Source of the DNA: Mycobacterium leprae TN
Lineage (GTDB): Bacteria > Actinomycetota > Actinomycetes > Mycobacteriales > Mycobacteriaceae
Reading direction: 5' to 3'
Length of the DNA: 32,000 nucleotides
Assembly: GCF_000195855.1 (NCBI RefSeq)
Contig: NC_002677.1
Location: forward strand, 1,920,001-1,952,000
Positions within the stretch are counted from its first letter, which is position 1. Each line of letters starts with the position of its first letter. Positions 22,690 through 32,000 of the stretch are shown here, piece after piece. Under the pieces are notes generated by a model, which was not told where the DNA came from, ran no database searches, and was given only the letters and a program-made list of their open reading frames with translations. The position numbers and the translations under genes are program-made.

Positions 22690-23793
22690 GAGTCAGCCCA
22701 CACGCGTTCAAACGCCTGGCTAACGCCGGCCTGCCTGTGCGGCCGAAACGTCTTGCCGCGCAGTACCACCAGATCGGAGTTGCTCAACACAACATACCGG
22801 GCCCCTGTCGCGGGTCCGCGGAGTAGCACAACAGGTCAGCGGATGCCCCATGGTCTCTCTAGACCGGAACGGTCCAAACAGCATCGGGCATCCCAACATG
22901 CAGCACCTAACACCTCGGTCGGGATCATCCCGATACCTTTGAGGGCCTCAACCTCGTCGGCGATTCGGCCATAATTTGATCATGGTGCCGGCGTACAACG
23001 GCACCTCCGCATCACGCACTGCGGCCACCCAAGCACGGCGGCGCCCATAAAGGTCGCGCATGTGATGCAGTGTAACTGGGGTAACGCCTGGCCGCGGCGG
23101 CGATGCCTGAGAAATTCTCTAGGTTGATCAGCGTGGTGGCCAATGCAGTGCCGTGTTAGAGCATAAGGGTGATGGTGTCGCCGGTGAGCCCGGTGCCGTG
23201 CTCGATGCAATCGATGTTGGCGCTGATCAAACCGGGCAGCGCGTCCTCACTGAACGCATGTGCGGTGACCCGTGCGCGCTGACGTGCGCGACATCGATCG
23301 TAGCTTTGAGGACATCGTCCGACCACAACGGGGCAAGATCGCCGGTCTGGCGGTCTATCCCAGTCGCCGATGAGCTTGATCCAGCCGTCACCGAACCGAG
23401 CTTCCTCGGCCACCACCGCAGGAAGCTGCGATTCCGTCTCCTCGAGCTCAACCGCAAAGCCGACTTAATAGCGCTCCAGCCCGGATAATGCTGGGCAGAT
23501 CGGTGCGGTCATTGAGACCACAAGTCTCAGTCGGTGAGCCGCAGTCACGTAGCAGCAACACGGCCAGCATCGCATTCAGTCTCGGCTTGGACAATGACTG
23601 TATCGAGTTCGATCTCCCCGTGTTGCCCCAGGCCGACGTGACAGTGTGCATCCATCAATCCGGGCAGAATCGAACCACTATCAAAAACGTTATCCGCATG
23701 CACGACCGGCGCGGTGCTGATGCAAACATCAACGATCCACAGTTCGGTCACCGCCTCGTCGGGCAGCACCAAATCCCGCACGTGCATGCGCAC
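22690..23793 (-). pseudogene. Decayed amidohydrolase (Rv2915c-like)
   Basis: 'MRMHVRDLVLPDEAVTELWIVDVCISTAPVVHADNVFDSGSILPGLMDAHCHVGLGQHGEIELDTVIVQAETECDAG', 'LLLRDCGSPTETCGLNDRTDLPSIIRAG', 'PLWSDDVLKATIDVAHV', 'HAFSEDALPGLISANIDCIEHGTGLTGDTITLML'. Confidence 0.87.
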
Positions 23794-23800
23794 AGCGCGG

Positions 23801-25366
23801 CTACGTCTTGCCTGGGAACTTCAGTTTGGACAAGTCGAAAGCGGCCAGCCCAGGCGGCAGCTCGTTGAGACCGTCTGGCATCTGCGACAGATCCGGGAAG
23901 CTTGGCGGCATGTTCATCATGTCCGGCATTCCGGGCCTGGCAGGCCCGAAAGGACTCCTGACCTTCGGTGACGTCGGACCGCGTGCCCTTTTCTTGCCTT
24001 TGCCTCCCTTGGACTTTCGTGTGGCAGACTTGCGTCCCATACCGGGTATACCCATGCCGCCGAGCACGGAGGACATCATCTTACGGGCTTCGAAGAACCG
24101 GTCGACCAGTTGGTTGACCTCAGACACCGTCACCCCGGAGCCGTTGGCGATACGCAGTCGCCGGGACGCGTTGATGATCTTGGGGTCGGCCCGCTCCTGT
24201 GGCGTCATTCCGCGGATGATGGCCTGCAACCGGTCGAGCTGTTTGTCATCGACTTGTTCCAGTACCTCCTTCACCTGACCCGCGCCGGGTAGCATGCCCA
24301 ACAGGTTGCCGATTAGACCCATCTTGCGTACCGCAAGCATCTGCTCGAGGAAATCCTCTAGCGTCAGTTCACCGGCGACGATCTTCGCAGCGGCTGCCTC
24401 GGCCTGTTCGGCGTCAAAGACCTGCTCGGCTTGTTCGATCAAGCTCAGCACATCTCCCATGCCCAGGATGCGGCTGGCCATCCGATCAGGGTGAAAGACG
24501 TCGAAGTCGTCCAACTTCTCACCGGTGGTGGCAAAAAGGATTGGCACACCTGTCACCTCGCGGACCGACAAAGCGGCTCCACCGCGGGCGTCACCATCGA
24601 GCTTGGTCAGAACCACACCGGTGAAGCCGACTCCAGCACCGAATGCCGCAGCGGTGGTGACAGCGTCCTGGCCGATCATCGCGTCGAGGACGAACAACAC
24701 CTCGTCGGGGTTGATGGCCTCCCGGATTGCCCCGGCCTGGGCCATCAACTCGTCGTCGATGCCCAGTCGCCCGGCGGTGTCGACGATCACGACGTCGAAG
24801 TGTTTGGCCCGGGCTTCGACCAGCCCTGCCGACGCGACAGCGACCGGATCACCGGGACCTGAATCGGGCGAGGCCCCAGGATGCGGGGCGAATACCGGCA
24901 CCCCGGCACGCTCGCCGACAACTTGCAGCTGGTTGACTGCCGCCGGCCGCTGAAGGTCACAGGCCACCAGAAGCGGTGTGTGTCCTTGCCTGCGAAGGCG
25001 TACTGCCAATTTGCCAGCCAGCGTTGTCTTGCCGGATCCCTGCAGGCCGGCCAGCATCACTACCGTCGGCGGTGTCTTAGCGAACGCCAGCTGGCGGGTC
25101 TCGCCACCGAGGATGCCGATCAGTTCTTCGTTGACGATCTTGACAATCTGTTGCGCCGGGTTGAGAGCAGCAGACACTTCGGTGCCCCGAGCGCGTTCTT
25201 TGATCCGATGCACAAACGCCCGCACCACAGGTAGTGAAACGTCGGCTTCAAACAGCGCCAACCGGATTTCGCGGGTGGTGGCCTCGATATCGGCGTCGGT
25301 CAGCCGGCCTTTGCCACGCAACCCCTGTATGACGCCAGTCAACCGGTTAGAGAGCGATTCAAACAC
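23801..25366 (-). CDS. ffh: Signal recognition particle protein Ffh
   Basis: 'MFESLSNRLTGVIQGLRGKGRLTDADIEATTREIRLALFEADV', 'GLQGSGKTTLAGKLA', 'DTAGRLGIDDELM', and a Met-rich M domain ending in 'GMGIPGMGRKS'. Confidence 0.97.
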   Translation of the reverse strand: MFESLSNRLTGVIQGLRGKGRLTDADIEATTREIRLALFEADVSLPVVRAFVHRIKERARGTEVSAALNPAQQIVKIVNEELIGILGGETRQLAFAKTPPTVVMLAGLQGSGKTTLAGKLAVRLRRQGHTPLLVACDLQRPAAVNQLQVVGERAGVPVFAPHPGASPDSGPGDPVAVASAGLVEARAKHFDVVIVDTAGRLGIDDELMAQAGAIREAINPDEVLFVLDAMIGQDAVTTAAAFGAGVGFTGVVLTKLDGDARGGAALSVREVTGVPILFATTGEKLDDFDVFHPDRMASRILGMGDVLSLIEQAEQVFDAEQAEAAAAKIVAGELTLEDFLEQMLAVRKMGLIGNLLGMLPGAGQVKEVLEQVDDKQLDRLQAIIRGMTPQERADPKIINASRRLRIANGSGVTVSEVNQLVDRFFEARKMMSSVLGGMGIPGMGRKSATRKSKGGKGKKRARGPTSPKVRSPFGPARPGMPDMMNMPPSFPDLSQMPDGLNELPPGLAAFDLSKLKFPGKT

Positions 25367-25504
25367 CCCACCAGCCTAGTGGTAGTACCGCGGAAGCGGG
25401 GAGCAGCGGCGCCAGTCATGTCCGAGCCAGGCGCAGCGGATCGATCATCGTCTGGGTATAACTGGTCCTGTGGATTTGCAGGTTACCTCGTCGGACGGAT
25501 TGAC

Positions 25505-27475
25505 ATGAGCGCACAAGTCGAACAGCTGGAGTTTCAGGCGGAGGCACGCCAACTTCTGGACTTGATGGTCCATTCGGTCTACTCCAATAAAGATGCATTT
25601 TTGCGGGAGCTGATCTCGAATGCCTCCGACGCGCTGGACAAGCTTCGGCTTGAAGCGTTTCGGAACAAAGACTTGGACCCACGTACAGTTGACACCTCCG
25701 ATCTGCACATCGAGATCGAAGTGGACAAAAATACACGCATTTTAACCGTCCGTGACAACGGCATAGGTATGACACGCGCGGAGGTGGTGGACTTGATCGG
25801 TACACTGGCCAAGTCAGGGACCGCCAAGCTGCGTCAGAAATTGCATGCGGCCAAAAATCTGAAAGACACCGCCGCCTCTGAAGGACTGATCGGTCAGTTC
25901 GGTATCGGTTTTTACTCGAGTTTCATGGTAGCCAACAAGGTCGAACTTCTCACCCGTAAAGCCGGTGAGACTGCGGCCACGAGATGGTCATCGGACGGTG
26001 AGGCCACCTACACCATCGAATCCGTCGACGAAGCTCCGCAGGGAACATCAGTGACGTTGCACCTCAAACCCGAAGACTTCGAGGACGAGTTGCACGACTA
26101 CACCTCGGAATGGAAGATCAGGGAGCTGGTCAAGAAGTACTCCGACTTCATCGCCTGGCCTATCCGGATGGAAGTTGAGCGACGCGCGCCGGCCACCTCG
26201 GACGGAGAAGGGGCGGATGGTGAAGAGCAAGTCACCATCGAAACCCAGACCATCAACTCAATGAAGGCGTTGTGGACTAAGTCAAAAGACGAGGTCTCAG
26301 AGGACGAATACAAGGAGTTCTACAAGCACATCGCCCACGCCTGGGATGACCCACTCGAGGTGATCGCGATGAAGGCCGAGGGCACCTTCGAGTACCAGGC
26401 GCTGCTTTTTATTCCTTCGCACGCTCCGTTCGACCTGTTTAACTCCGACGCCAAAATCGGCATGCAGCTGTATGTCAAACGCGTCTTCATCATGTCCGAC
26501 TGCGATCAGCTCATGCCGATGTACTTGCGTTTCGTCAAAGGGGTTGTAGACGCAGAGGACATGTCGCTCAATGTTTCTCGAGAAATCCTGCAACAGAATC
26601 GGCAAATCAATGCGATCCGTCGCCGGCTGACCAAGAAGGTCCTTTCAGCAATCAAAGATCTGCAGGCCGAACGACCACAGGACTACCGCACGTTCTGGAC
26701 ACAGTTCGGCAAGGTCCTCAAAGAGGGACTCATGTCGGACTCCGACAATCGAGACACACTGCTTCACATTTCCTCGTTCGCCTCGACACACAGCGACGAA
26801 GAACCCACCACCCTGGCCCAATACGTAGAACGCATGAAAGACGGCCAAGACCAAATCTTCTACGCCACAGGAGAGTCGCGTCAGCAAGTCATGAATTCGC
26901 CACATCTCGAAGCATTCAAGGCCAAGGGCTATGAGGTGCTGTTGCTGACCGACCCGGTCGACGAGGTTTGGGTAGGAATGGCACCCGAGTTCGACGGCAA
27001 GCCGTTGAAATCGGTAGCTAGGGGCGAGGTGGACCTCGAATCCGAAGAGGAAAAGACAGCGCACGAAGCTGAACGCAAGGAGCAGGAGCAGAATTTTGCT
27101 GGGCTGGTGAACTGGTTGAAAGAGACCTTGAGTGATCACGTCAAAGAGGTACGGTTATCCACACGCCTCACCGAGTCGCCAGCCTGCCTGATCACTGATG
27201 CCTTCGGTATTACGCCGGCGCTGGCGCGCATCTACCGGGCTTCCGGGCAGGACGTTCCGTTCGGAAAACGGATTTTGGAACTCAATCCAAATCATCCACT
27301 GATCACTGGCCTGCAACAGGCACACGAGAACGGCGGTGATGATACTCACCTGCGTCAACTCTCCGAAACTGCCGAATTGTTGTACGGTACCGCCCTTCTC
27401 GCTGAAGGCGGAGCACTAGAGAATCCGGCAAAGTTCGCCGGATTGCTCGCGGATCTTCTGTCCCGGTCGATGTAG
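25505..27475 (+). CDS. htpG: Molecular chaperone HtpG (Hsp90)
   Basis: 'MSAQVEQLEFQAEARQLLDLMVHSVYSNKDAFLRELISNASDALDKLRLEA', 'TVRDNGIGMTRAEVVDLIGTLAKSGTAKL', 'LIGQFGIGFYSSFMVANKVELLTR', 'SLNVSREILQQNRQINAIRRRLTKKVL'. Confidence 0.97.
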   Translation: MSAQVEQLEFQAEARQLLDLMVHSVYSNKDAFLRELISNASDALDKLRLEAFRNKDLDPRTVDTSDLHIEIEVDKNTRILTVRDNGIGMTRAEVVDLIGTLAKSGTAKLRQKLHAAKNLKDTAASEGLIGQFGIGFYSSFMVANKVELLTRKAGETAATRWSSDGEATYTIESVDEAPQGTSVTLHLKPEDFEDELHDYTSEWKIRELVKKYSDFIAWPIRMEVERRAPATSDGEGADGEEQVTIETQTINSMKALWTKSKDEVSEDEYKEFYKHIAHAWDDPLEVIAMKAEGTFEYQALLFIPSHAPFDLFNSDAKIGMQLYVKRVFIMSDCDQLMPMYLRFVKGVVDAEDMSLNVSREILQQNRQINAIRRRLTKKVLSAIKDLQAERPQDYRTFWTQFGKVLKEGLMSDSDNRDTLLHISSFASTHSDEEPTTLAQYVERMKDGQDQIFYATGESRQQVMNSPHLEAFKAKGYEVLLLTDPVDEVWVGMAPEFDGKPLKSVARGEVDLESEEEKTAHEAERKEQEQNFAGLVNWLKETLSDHVKEVRLSTRLTESPACLITDAFGITPALARIYRASGQDVPFGKRILELNPNHPLITGLQQAHENGGDDTHLRQLSETAELLYGTALLAEGGALENPAKFAGLLADLLSRSM

Positions 27476-27636
27476 GAAACGCCACAAAGGTCATAAGCAT
27501 GCTGAAAAATGTTGTCGTTCTATGTTTTACAGTCATCACCTGACCGCACTGGCGTGTACCACTGTATCCATCGTACTTTCTGCTGTAACAGAACTAATGT
27601 GGCATAATGCGATAGCACGCACTGAAAACATGAGAA

Positions 27637-29427
27637 ATGACCCAATCGGATCACCGCCACACGCGGCCAAGCAGCTACGGGGGAACTGTGTTGACGCAAC
27701 GGGTCAGCCAAGCCACTGTCGAAGACAGCCGACCGTTGCGGGGTTGGCAACGTCGAGCAATGGTAAAGTATTTGGCCAGCCAACCACGCGACTTCCTGGC
27801 CGTTGCCACGCCTGGATCCGGGAAAACAACGTTCGCCCTACGGGTGATGACCGAACTGCTGAACAGTCACGCTGTCGAGCAGGTTACCGTCGTTGTTCCC
27901 ACCGAGCACCTCAAGGTTCAGTGGACCCGGGCCGCGGCAACCCACGGTCTGGCCCTGGACCCGAAATTTTCCAACACCAACCCGCGGACCTCGCCGGAGT
28001 ATCACGGCGTGACGATGACCTACGCTCAAGTCGCCGCACATCCGACACTGCACCGGGTGCGCACCGAAGGTCGCAGAACCTTGGTGATCTTTGATGAGAT
28101 CCATCATGGCGGTAACGCCAAGGCTTGGGGCGACGCTATCCGAGAAGCCTTCAGCGACGCGACGCGCCGACTTGCACTGACGGGCACGCCATTTCGCAGC
28201 GACGACAAGCCAATTCCGTTCGTCACCTACGCACTCGACGCGGACGGGCTGATGCATTCACAGGCCGACCACACCTATAGCTACGCCGAAGGCCTTGCCG
28301 ACGGCGTAGTCCGGCCGGTGGTGTTCCTTGTCTATTCTGGGCAGGCGCGTTGGCGAAATAGTGCGGGTGAAGAACACGCGGCTCGACTGGGCGAGCCGCT
28401 GTCTGCGGAACAGACCGCGCGGGCGTGGCGGACCGCGCTGGACCCCTCTGGGGAATGGATGCCGGCGGTCATCTCCGCGGCCGATCAACGACTGCGCCAG
28501 CTTCGTACGCATGTACCCGACGCCGGTGGCATGATCATCGCATCCGATCAGACCGCAGCCCGCGCGTACGCCAACCTGCTGGCGCAAATGACCTCAGAAA
28601 CGCCGACGTTGGTGTTGTCCGACGACCCGGGATCTTCGGCCCGCATCACCGAATTCGCCAAGAACACCAGTCAGTGGCTAATCGCAGTCCGGATGGTCTC
28701 TGAGGGCGTCGACATACCTCGGTTGTCGGTGGGGATCTATGCCACCAGTGCCTCAACGCCGTTGTTCTTCGCACAGGCTATCGGCCGGTTCGTGCGGTCT
28801 CGTCATCCAGGAGAAACCGCAAGCATATTCGTCCCGTCGGTGCCTAATCTGCTGCAGCTGGCCAGTGAGTTGGAGACCCAGCGCAACCATGTGCTGGGCA
28901 AACCGCACCGCGAATCAACCGACAATCCCCTCGGGGGCAATCCCGCCACGATGACACAAACCGAGCAAGACGACACTGAGAAGTATTTCACCGCAATAGG
29001 AGCCGACGCCGAACTGGATCAGATCATTTTTGATGGATCATCGTTCGGCACCGCTACTCCTGCCGGGAGCGAGGAAGAAGCCTACTACCTCGGTATCCCT
29101 GGGTTGCTGGATGCCGACCAGATGCGAGCGCTGCTGCACCGCCGCCAAAACGAGCAGCTCCAAAAGCGGACCGCTGCACAACAAGCATCATCAACACCGG
29201 ATAGGACCTCCGGGGCGCCGGCGTCTGTGCATGGCCAACTCCGCGAGCTGCGCCGCGAACTCAACTCGCTAGTCTCAATAGCCCATCACCATACCGGCAA
29301 GCCGCACGGCTGGATCCACAACGAACTTCGACGACGCTGCGGAGGACCGCCGATCGCCGCTGCTACCCACGATCAACTCAAAGCACGCATCGATGCCGTG
29401 CGGCAGCTCAACGCCGAGCCGTCGTAA
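27637..29427 (+). CDS. DEAD/DEAH superfamily II helicase-like protein (Rv2917-like)
   Basis: 'LRGWQRRAMVKYLASQPRDFLAVATPGSGKTTFALRVM' (Walker A), 'TLVIFDEIHHGG' (DEIH), 'LALTGTPFRSD', 'AQAIGRFVRSRHPGE' (motif VI). The start may be downstream near 27691. Confidence 0.92.
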   Translation: MTQSDHRHTRPSSYGGTVLTQRVSQATVEDSRPLRGWQRRAMVKYLASQPRDFLAVATPGSGKTTFALRVMTELLNSHAVEQVTVVVPTEHLKVQWTRAAATHGLALDPKFSNTNPRTSPEYHGVTMTYAQVAAHPTLHRVRTEGRRTLVIFDEIHHGGNAKAWGDAIREAFSDATRRLALTGTPFRSDDKPIPFVTYALDADGLMHSQADHTYSYAEGLADGVVRPVVFLVYSGQARWRNSAGEEHAARLGEPLSAEQTARAWRTALDPSGEWMPAVISAADQRLRQLRTHVPDAGGMIIASDQTAARAYANLLAQMTSETPTLVLSDDPGSSARITEFAKNTSQWLIAVRMVSEGVDIPRLSVGIYATSASTPLFFAQAIGRFVRSRHPGETASIFVPSVPNLLQLASELETQRNHVLGKPHRESTDNPLGGNPATMTQTEQDDTEKYFTAIGADAELDQIIFDGSSFGTATPAGSEEEAYYLGIPGLLDADQMRALLHRRQNEQLQKRTAAQQASSTPDRTSGAPASVHGQLRELRRELNSLVSIAHHHTGKPHGWIHNELRRRCGGPPIAAATHDQLKARIDAVRQLNAEPS

Positions 29428-29439
29428 ACACGGATTTAG

Positions 29440-32000
29440 CTCACCGCTCATCGGCCGGAGCGCTCTGCGCAAGTGCCGTTCAACCCACCGTTCGCAGTGC
29501 TGCATCGCCACCCCCGGTCAGGCTTGGCCGGCAGCACCACACAAAACACATCAACCGCGGTTGAGCCGAACATTTTAACCTTCGCCCAGACGCTGTCTGC
29601 TCCAGCTCGCTTCAACGCCCGGATCAGCAACACGAGCAAACCCACCCAGTCCATGGCACGGACCCCGAGAATCAGCCTGTCCTTGGGCGACGTTGTCGAG
29701 CCACAGGCTGCGTGGCAGGCACACCCCCGCCAGCAACCCTCCTCCACCCGGGCGGACGACGAGCTAGCGGCCTCGCCATCCCGCTTCTCCACACATATCG
29801 AGGACGTTGATGTCCGCCGGCAAAGGCACCGAAGAACTGCGAACATGGTAGTTCGGCTGCTGCCGAGGAACCAAAAGTCGGTGACACCAAGAATTCGGTG
29901 ACCGCTGCGCCTTGGATGCTGATGACCGACGCCGAGTAGACTCGTGGCGAATTCAACGCCAGCTTTCGACACCAATCCCCGCGCATCCGAGGCGACCATC
30001 GCGATGTTGTACATGCTGTGCGCCGTTGCCCAGCCTAATTTCCACGTGGACCCCGTGGTCGGCCGAAAGTGCAACATTGTGGAGCGCAGTCGGATTCGCC
30101 TGCGGCAGTGCATCACCCGCCATCACCATCGGGCAGCGATCGACCAAATCCTGAATCAGAGACACCGTCCAGCGCAGTCCACACCTTGGGGTCGATGGCC
30201 TTCGAGTCCACCTCCATCAGCGCGTACTTTACCTAAAGTAATACTTGTCAATACGTTCTCGGATCGTTCAAGTCACCTCGAGTAGCCGCGATGGGAAACA
30301 GCAAGTGGTAGTGGATCAGCGTGGCGAGCATCTCGACGTCTAAAGGCGAGGCCTCAAGTCGGGCGCCAATCTGTTGGATCAGTTCCCTGCCGACCAGACT
30401 ATGATCAGTGACCCGGCCCTTGCCGATGTCATGCAGCAGCGCACCAAGCTCAAGCAGATCGAGTCGGCGCTACCTGGGTGGACAGCGGTGCTGCTTGGAC
30501 AGTGGTCTCGACGGGGTTAACGGTCCACCATGCACGACGCCGCGGGGCGGAAGGTCGCTAATTGCACCCATTCTGGCAACAACCGGTCCCATACATAACC
30601 CGGTGCTTGAACACTTCGATTGTCACCACGGCGATGAGGCCAGCGCTTAGCACTACCAAAAGATCAGCTAAAACCTCACGACGACCACGAAGTTTGCATC
30701 TCAGCGGCATTGGTGGCCAAGCGACACTCAGCGTAGCATCGCTGATAAGTAATCCGATAGCGGCCGATGCAGCAGTGACACTACACTATCAGACCGAGGT
30801 CGTTTTCCAGTTGGGTATCACGGACCAGCAGGATTTCACCGGCGAATTCGATGACGCCCCCGTCTAATGGTCGTCGCCAACGCGATATGCCACGCCGCAG
30901 CAATGCGTTGACAGTGGTCCGCAGCCCAATTTCAATGTGATAAGCAATGGTGTGGCCGGCGTCCGACAGATCTAATCGGTCACCGATGCGCAAGACCGTA
31001 CTGATGTCGTCCACGTGCTAAGCCGGCAGCAAATCATGTCCACGACCAGATACCCGATGCAACTCGGTACGGACATTGAGCAGGGTGAGGCAGGCGGCGT
31101 CCAGCAAACCTACGGTCATGTCGGGTTGCTGTATGCCGTGGACGATCAATGAGTTGGGCGACGGCCAGCGCATCGAACAACTGAACGTCGCCAAGACCGC
31201 CACCACCCGATTTCAGGTCAGATTCAGCGCGCTCCGCTATCCGCAGGCAACGCTCCCAGCGGACATGCGCGATGTCGACCAGTTCGTCCATTCGGCAGCA
31301 AATCCCGCTGCGCCACTGCGATCGTACCCCGTAGAGCAGTTCGGCCGTTGACCCCGCAACACCGGTGATGTGGCGCGCTTCCAACATACCCAGGGCAGCA
31401 AGCATATTGGTGTTAGCTATGCCCCATGCCCCGAAGAAGGTTCACACGCTGTGGTCAAGCCGAACATCGGCGTTCCACAACGGATACCACAGCTGATCAG
31501 CGACCCGCTGTAGCATGTCAACAGACATGCTGTCGTGCAATAGCATAAGGTCCAGGTCAGAGTAGGATAGTAACTCGCGGCTGTCCAGTCAGCCAATTGC
31601 CACGATCGCGAAATCACCAGTATCGGTGATTCCGATCTCGACCGACTTGGCAATCAGCCAGGACTCGTGCAGATCCAGCCACGCGTGGCGCAGCTGCGCT
31701 GCGTCAAGTTGACGATTCCCTTCAGACAGCAACTTTGGACGCTCAACAGCAAAATCTCTTGCTAAGAAAGCCGATACAGAGAACCCGGACGGGTCGTGCT
31801 GACTGGGGTTTCATCCCCACCCGGCCCTACACGGTAGATAAGCACTGTGCAGCTAACCTCATAACGCCTCAGATCCACATTCACCGGTGCGCACCCGGAC
31901 GACAGCCGCTACTGAAACAACTCAGACTTTGCCGTCACCAATCTTGCCAGCACGCGGCATGGACGATGCTGTCCCCCACCTTCTCGGCTATGGAATCGTC
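29440..32000 (-). pseudogene. glnD: Decayed PII uridylyltransferase GlnD (extends to the window edge)
   Basis: Minus-strand fragments: '[27 protein letters not shown]...[30 protein letters not shown]', '[14 protein letters not shown]'-like sequence near 31.5 kb, and ACT-like C-terminus 'LKRAGADSVWAKVKMFGSTAVDVFCVVLPA'. Position after the Rv2917-like gene matches. Confidence 0.8.

Noticed and set aside
23808-24278. 156 aa ORF antisense to the ffh 3' end
   Set aside because: Shadow ORF of the Met/Gly/Pro-rich M domain; not independently supported.
26645-27139. Antisense 164 aa ORF inside htpG
   Set aside because: Codon-bias artefact opposite an unambiguous htpG reading frame.
1-32000. CRISPR array, transposase/IS element, tRNA or rRNA
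   Set aside because: Scanned by eye. No regularly spaced direct repeats, transposase motifs or cloverleaf-like conserved T-loop sequences were convincing. XerC is the housekeeping recombinase, not evidence of a mobile element.

Overview
The gene content and order of this 32 kb window match Mycobacterium leprae, in the segment corresponding to M. tuberculosis ~Rv2887-Rv2918c. This is judged from recognised protein sequences and synteny; no search was run. Fifteen genes look intact: amiC-like amidase, tsf, rpsB, xerC, an Rv2901c-like DUF2469 gene, rnhB, lepB, rplS, trmD, rimM, a KH-domain gene, rpsP, ffh, htpG, and a DEAD/DEAH helicase-like gene. Between them lie heavily frameshifted pseudogenes: a MarR regulator (Rv2887-like), an M23 peptidase (Rv2891-like), yraN, yifB/Mg-chelatase, fdhD, fdhF, lppW, pknI, an amidohydrolase (Rv2915c-like) and glnD. 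The most unusual parts are: (i) a perfect 57-nt palindrome (28-nt arms, 1-nt centre) at 440-496 at the 5' edge of the dead MarR regulator; (ii) a decayed minus-strand block at ~5.8-8.6 kb with a NodU/TobZ-type O-carbamoyltransferase and an ATP-grasp ligase-like gene, a possible lost accessory pathway with no counterpart at this locus in my recollection of M. tuberculosis; (iii) a ~3.7 kb unassigned, partly AT-rich stretch upstream of that block; (iv) a possible GAF-ANTAR regulator fragment at ~14.8 kb; and (v) htpG inserted between ffh and the helicase gene. I saw no CRISPR array, tRNA, rRNA or transposase.
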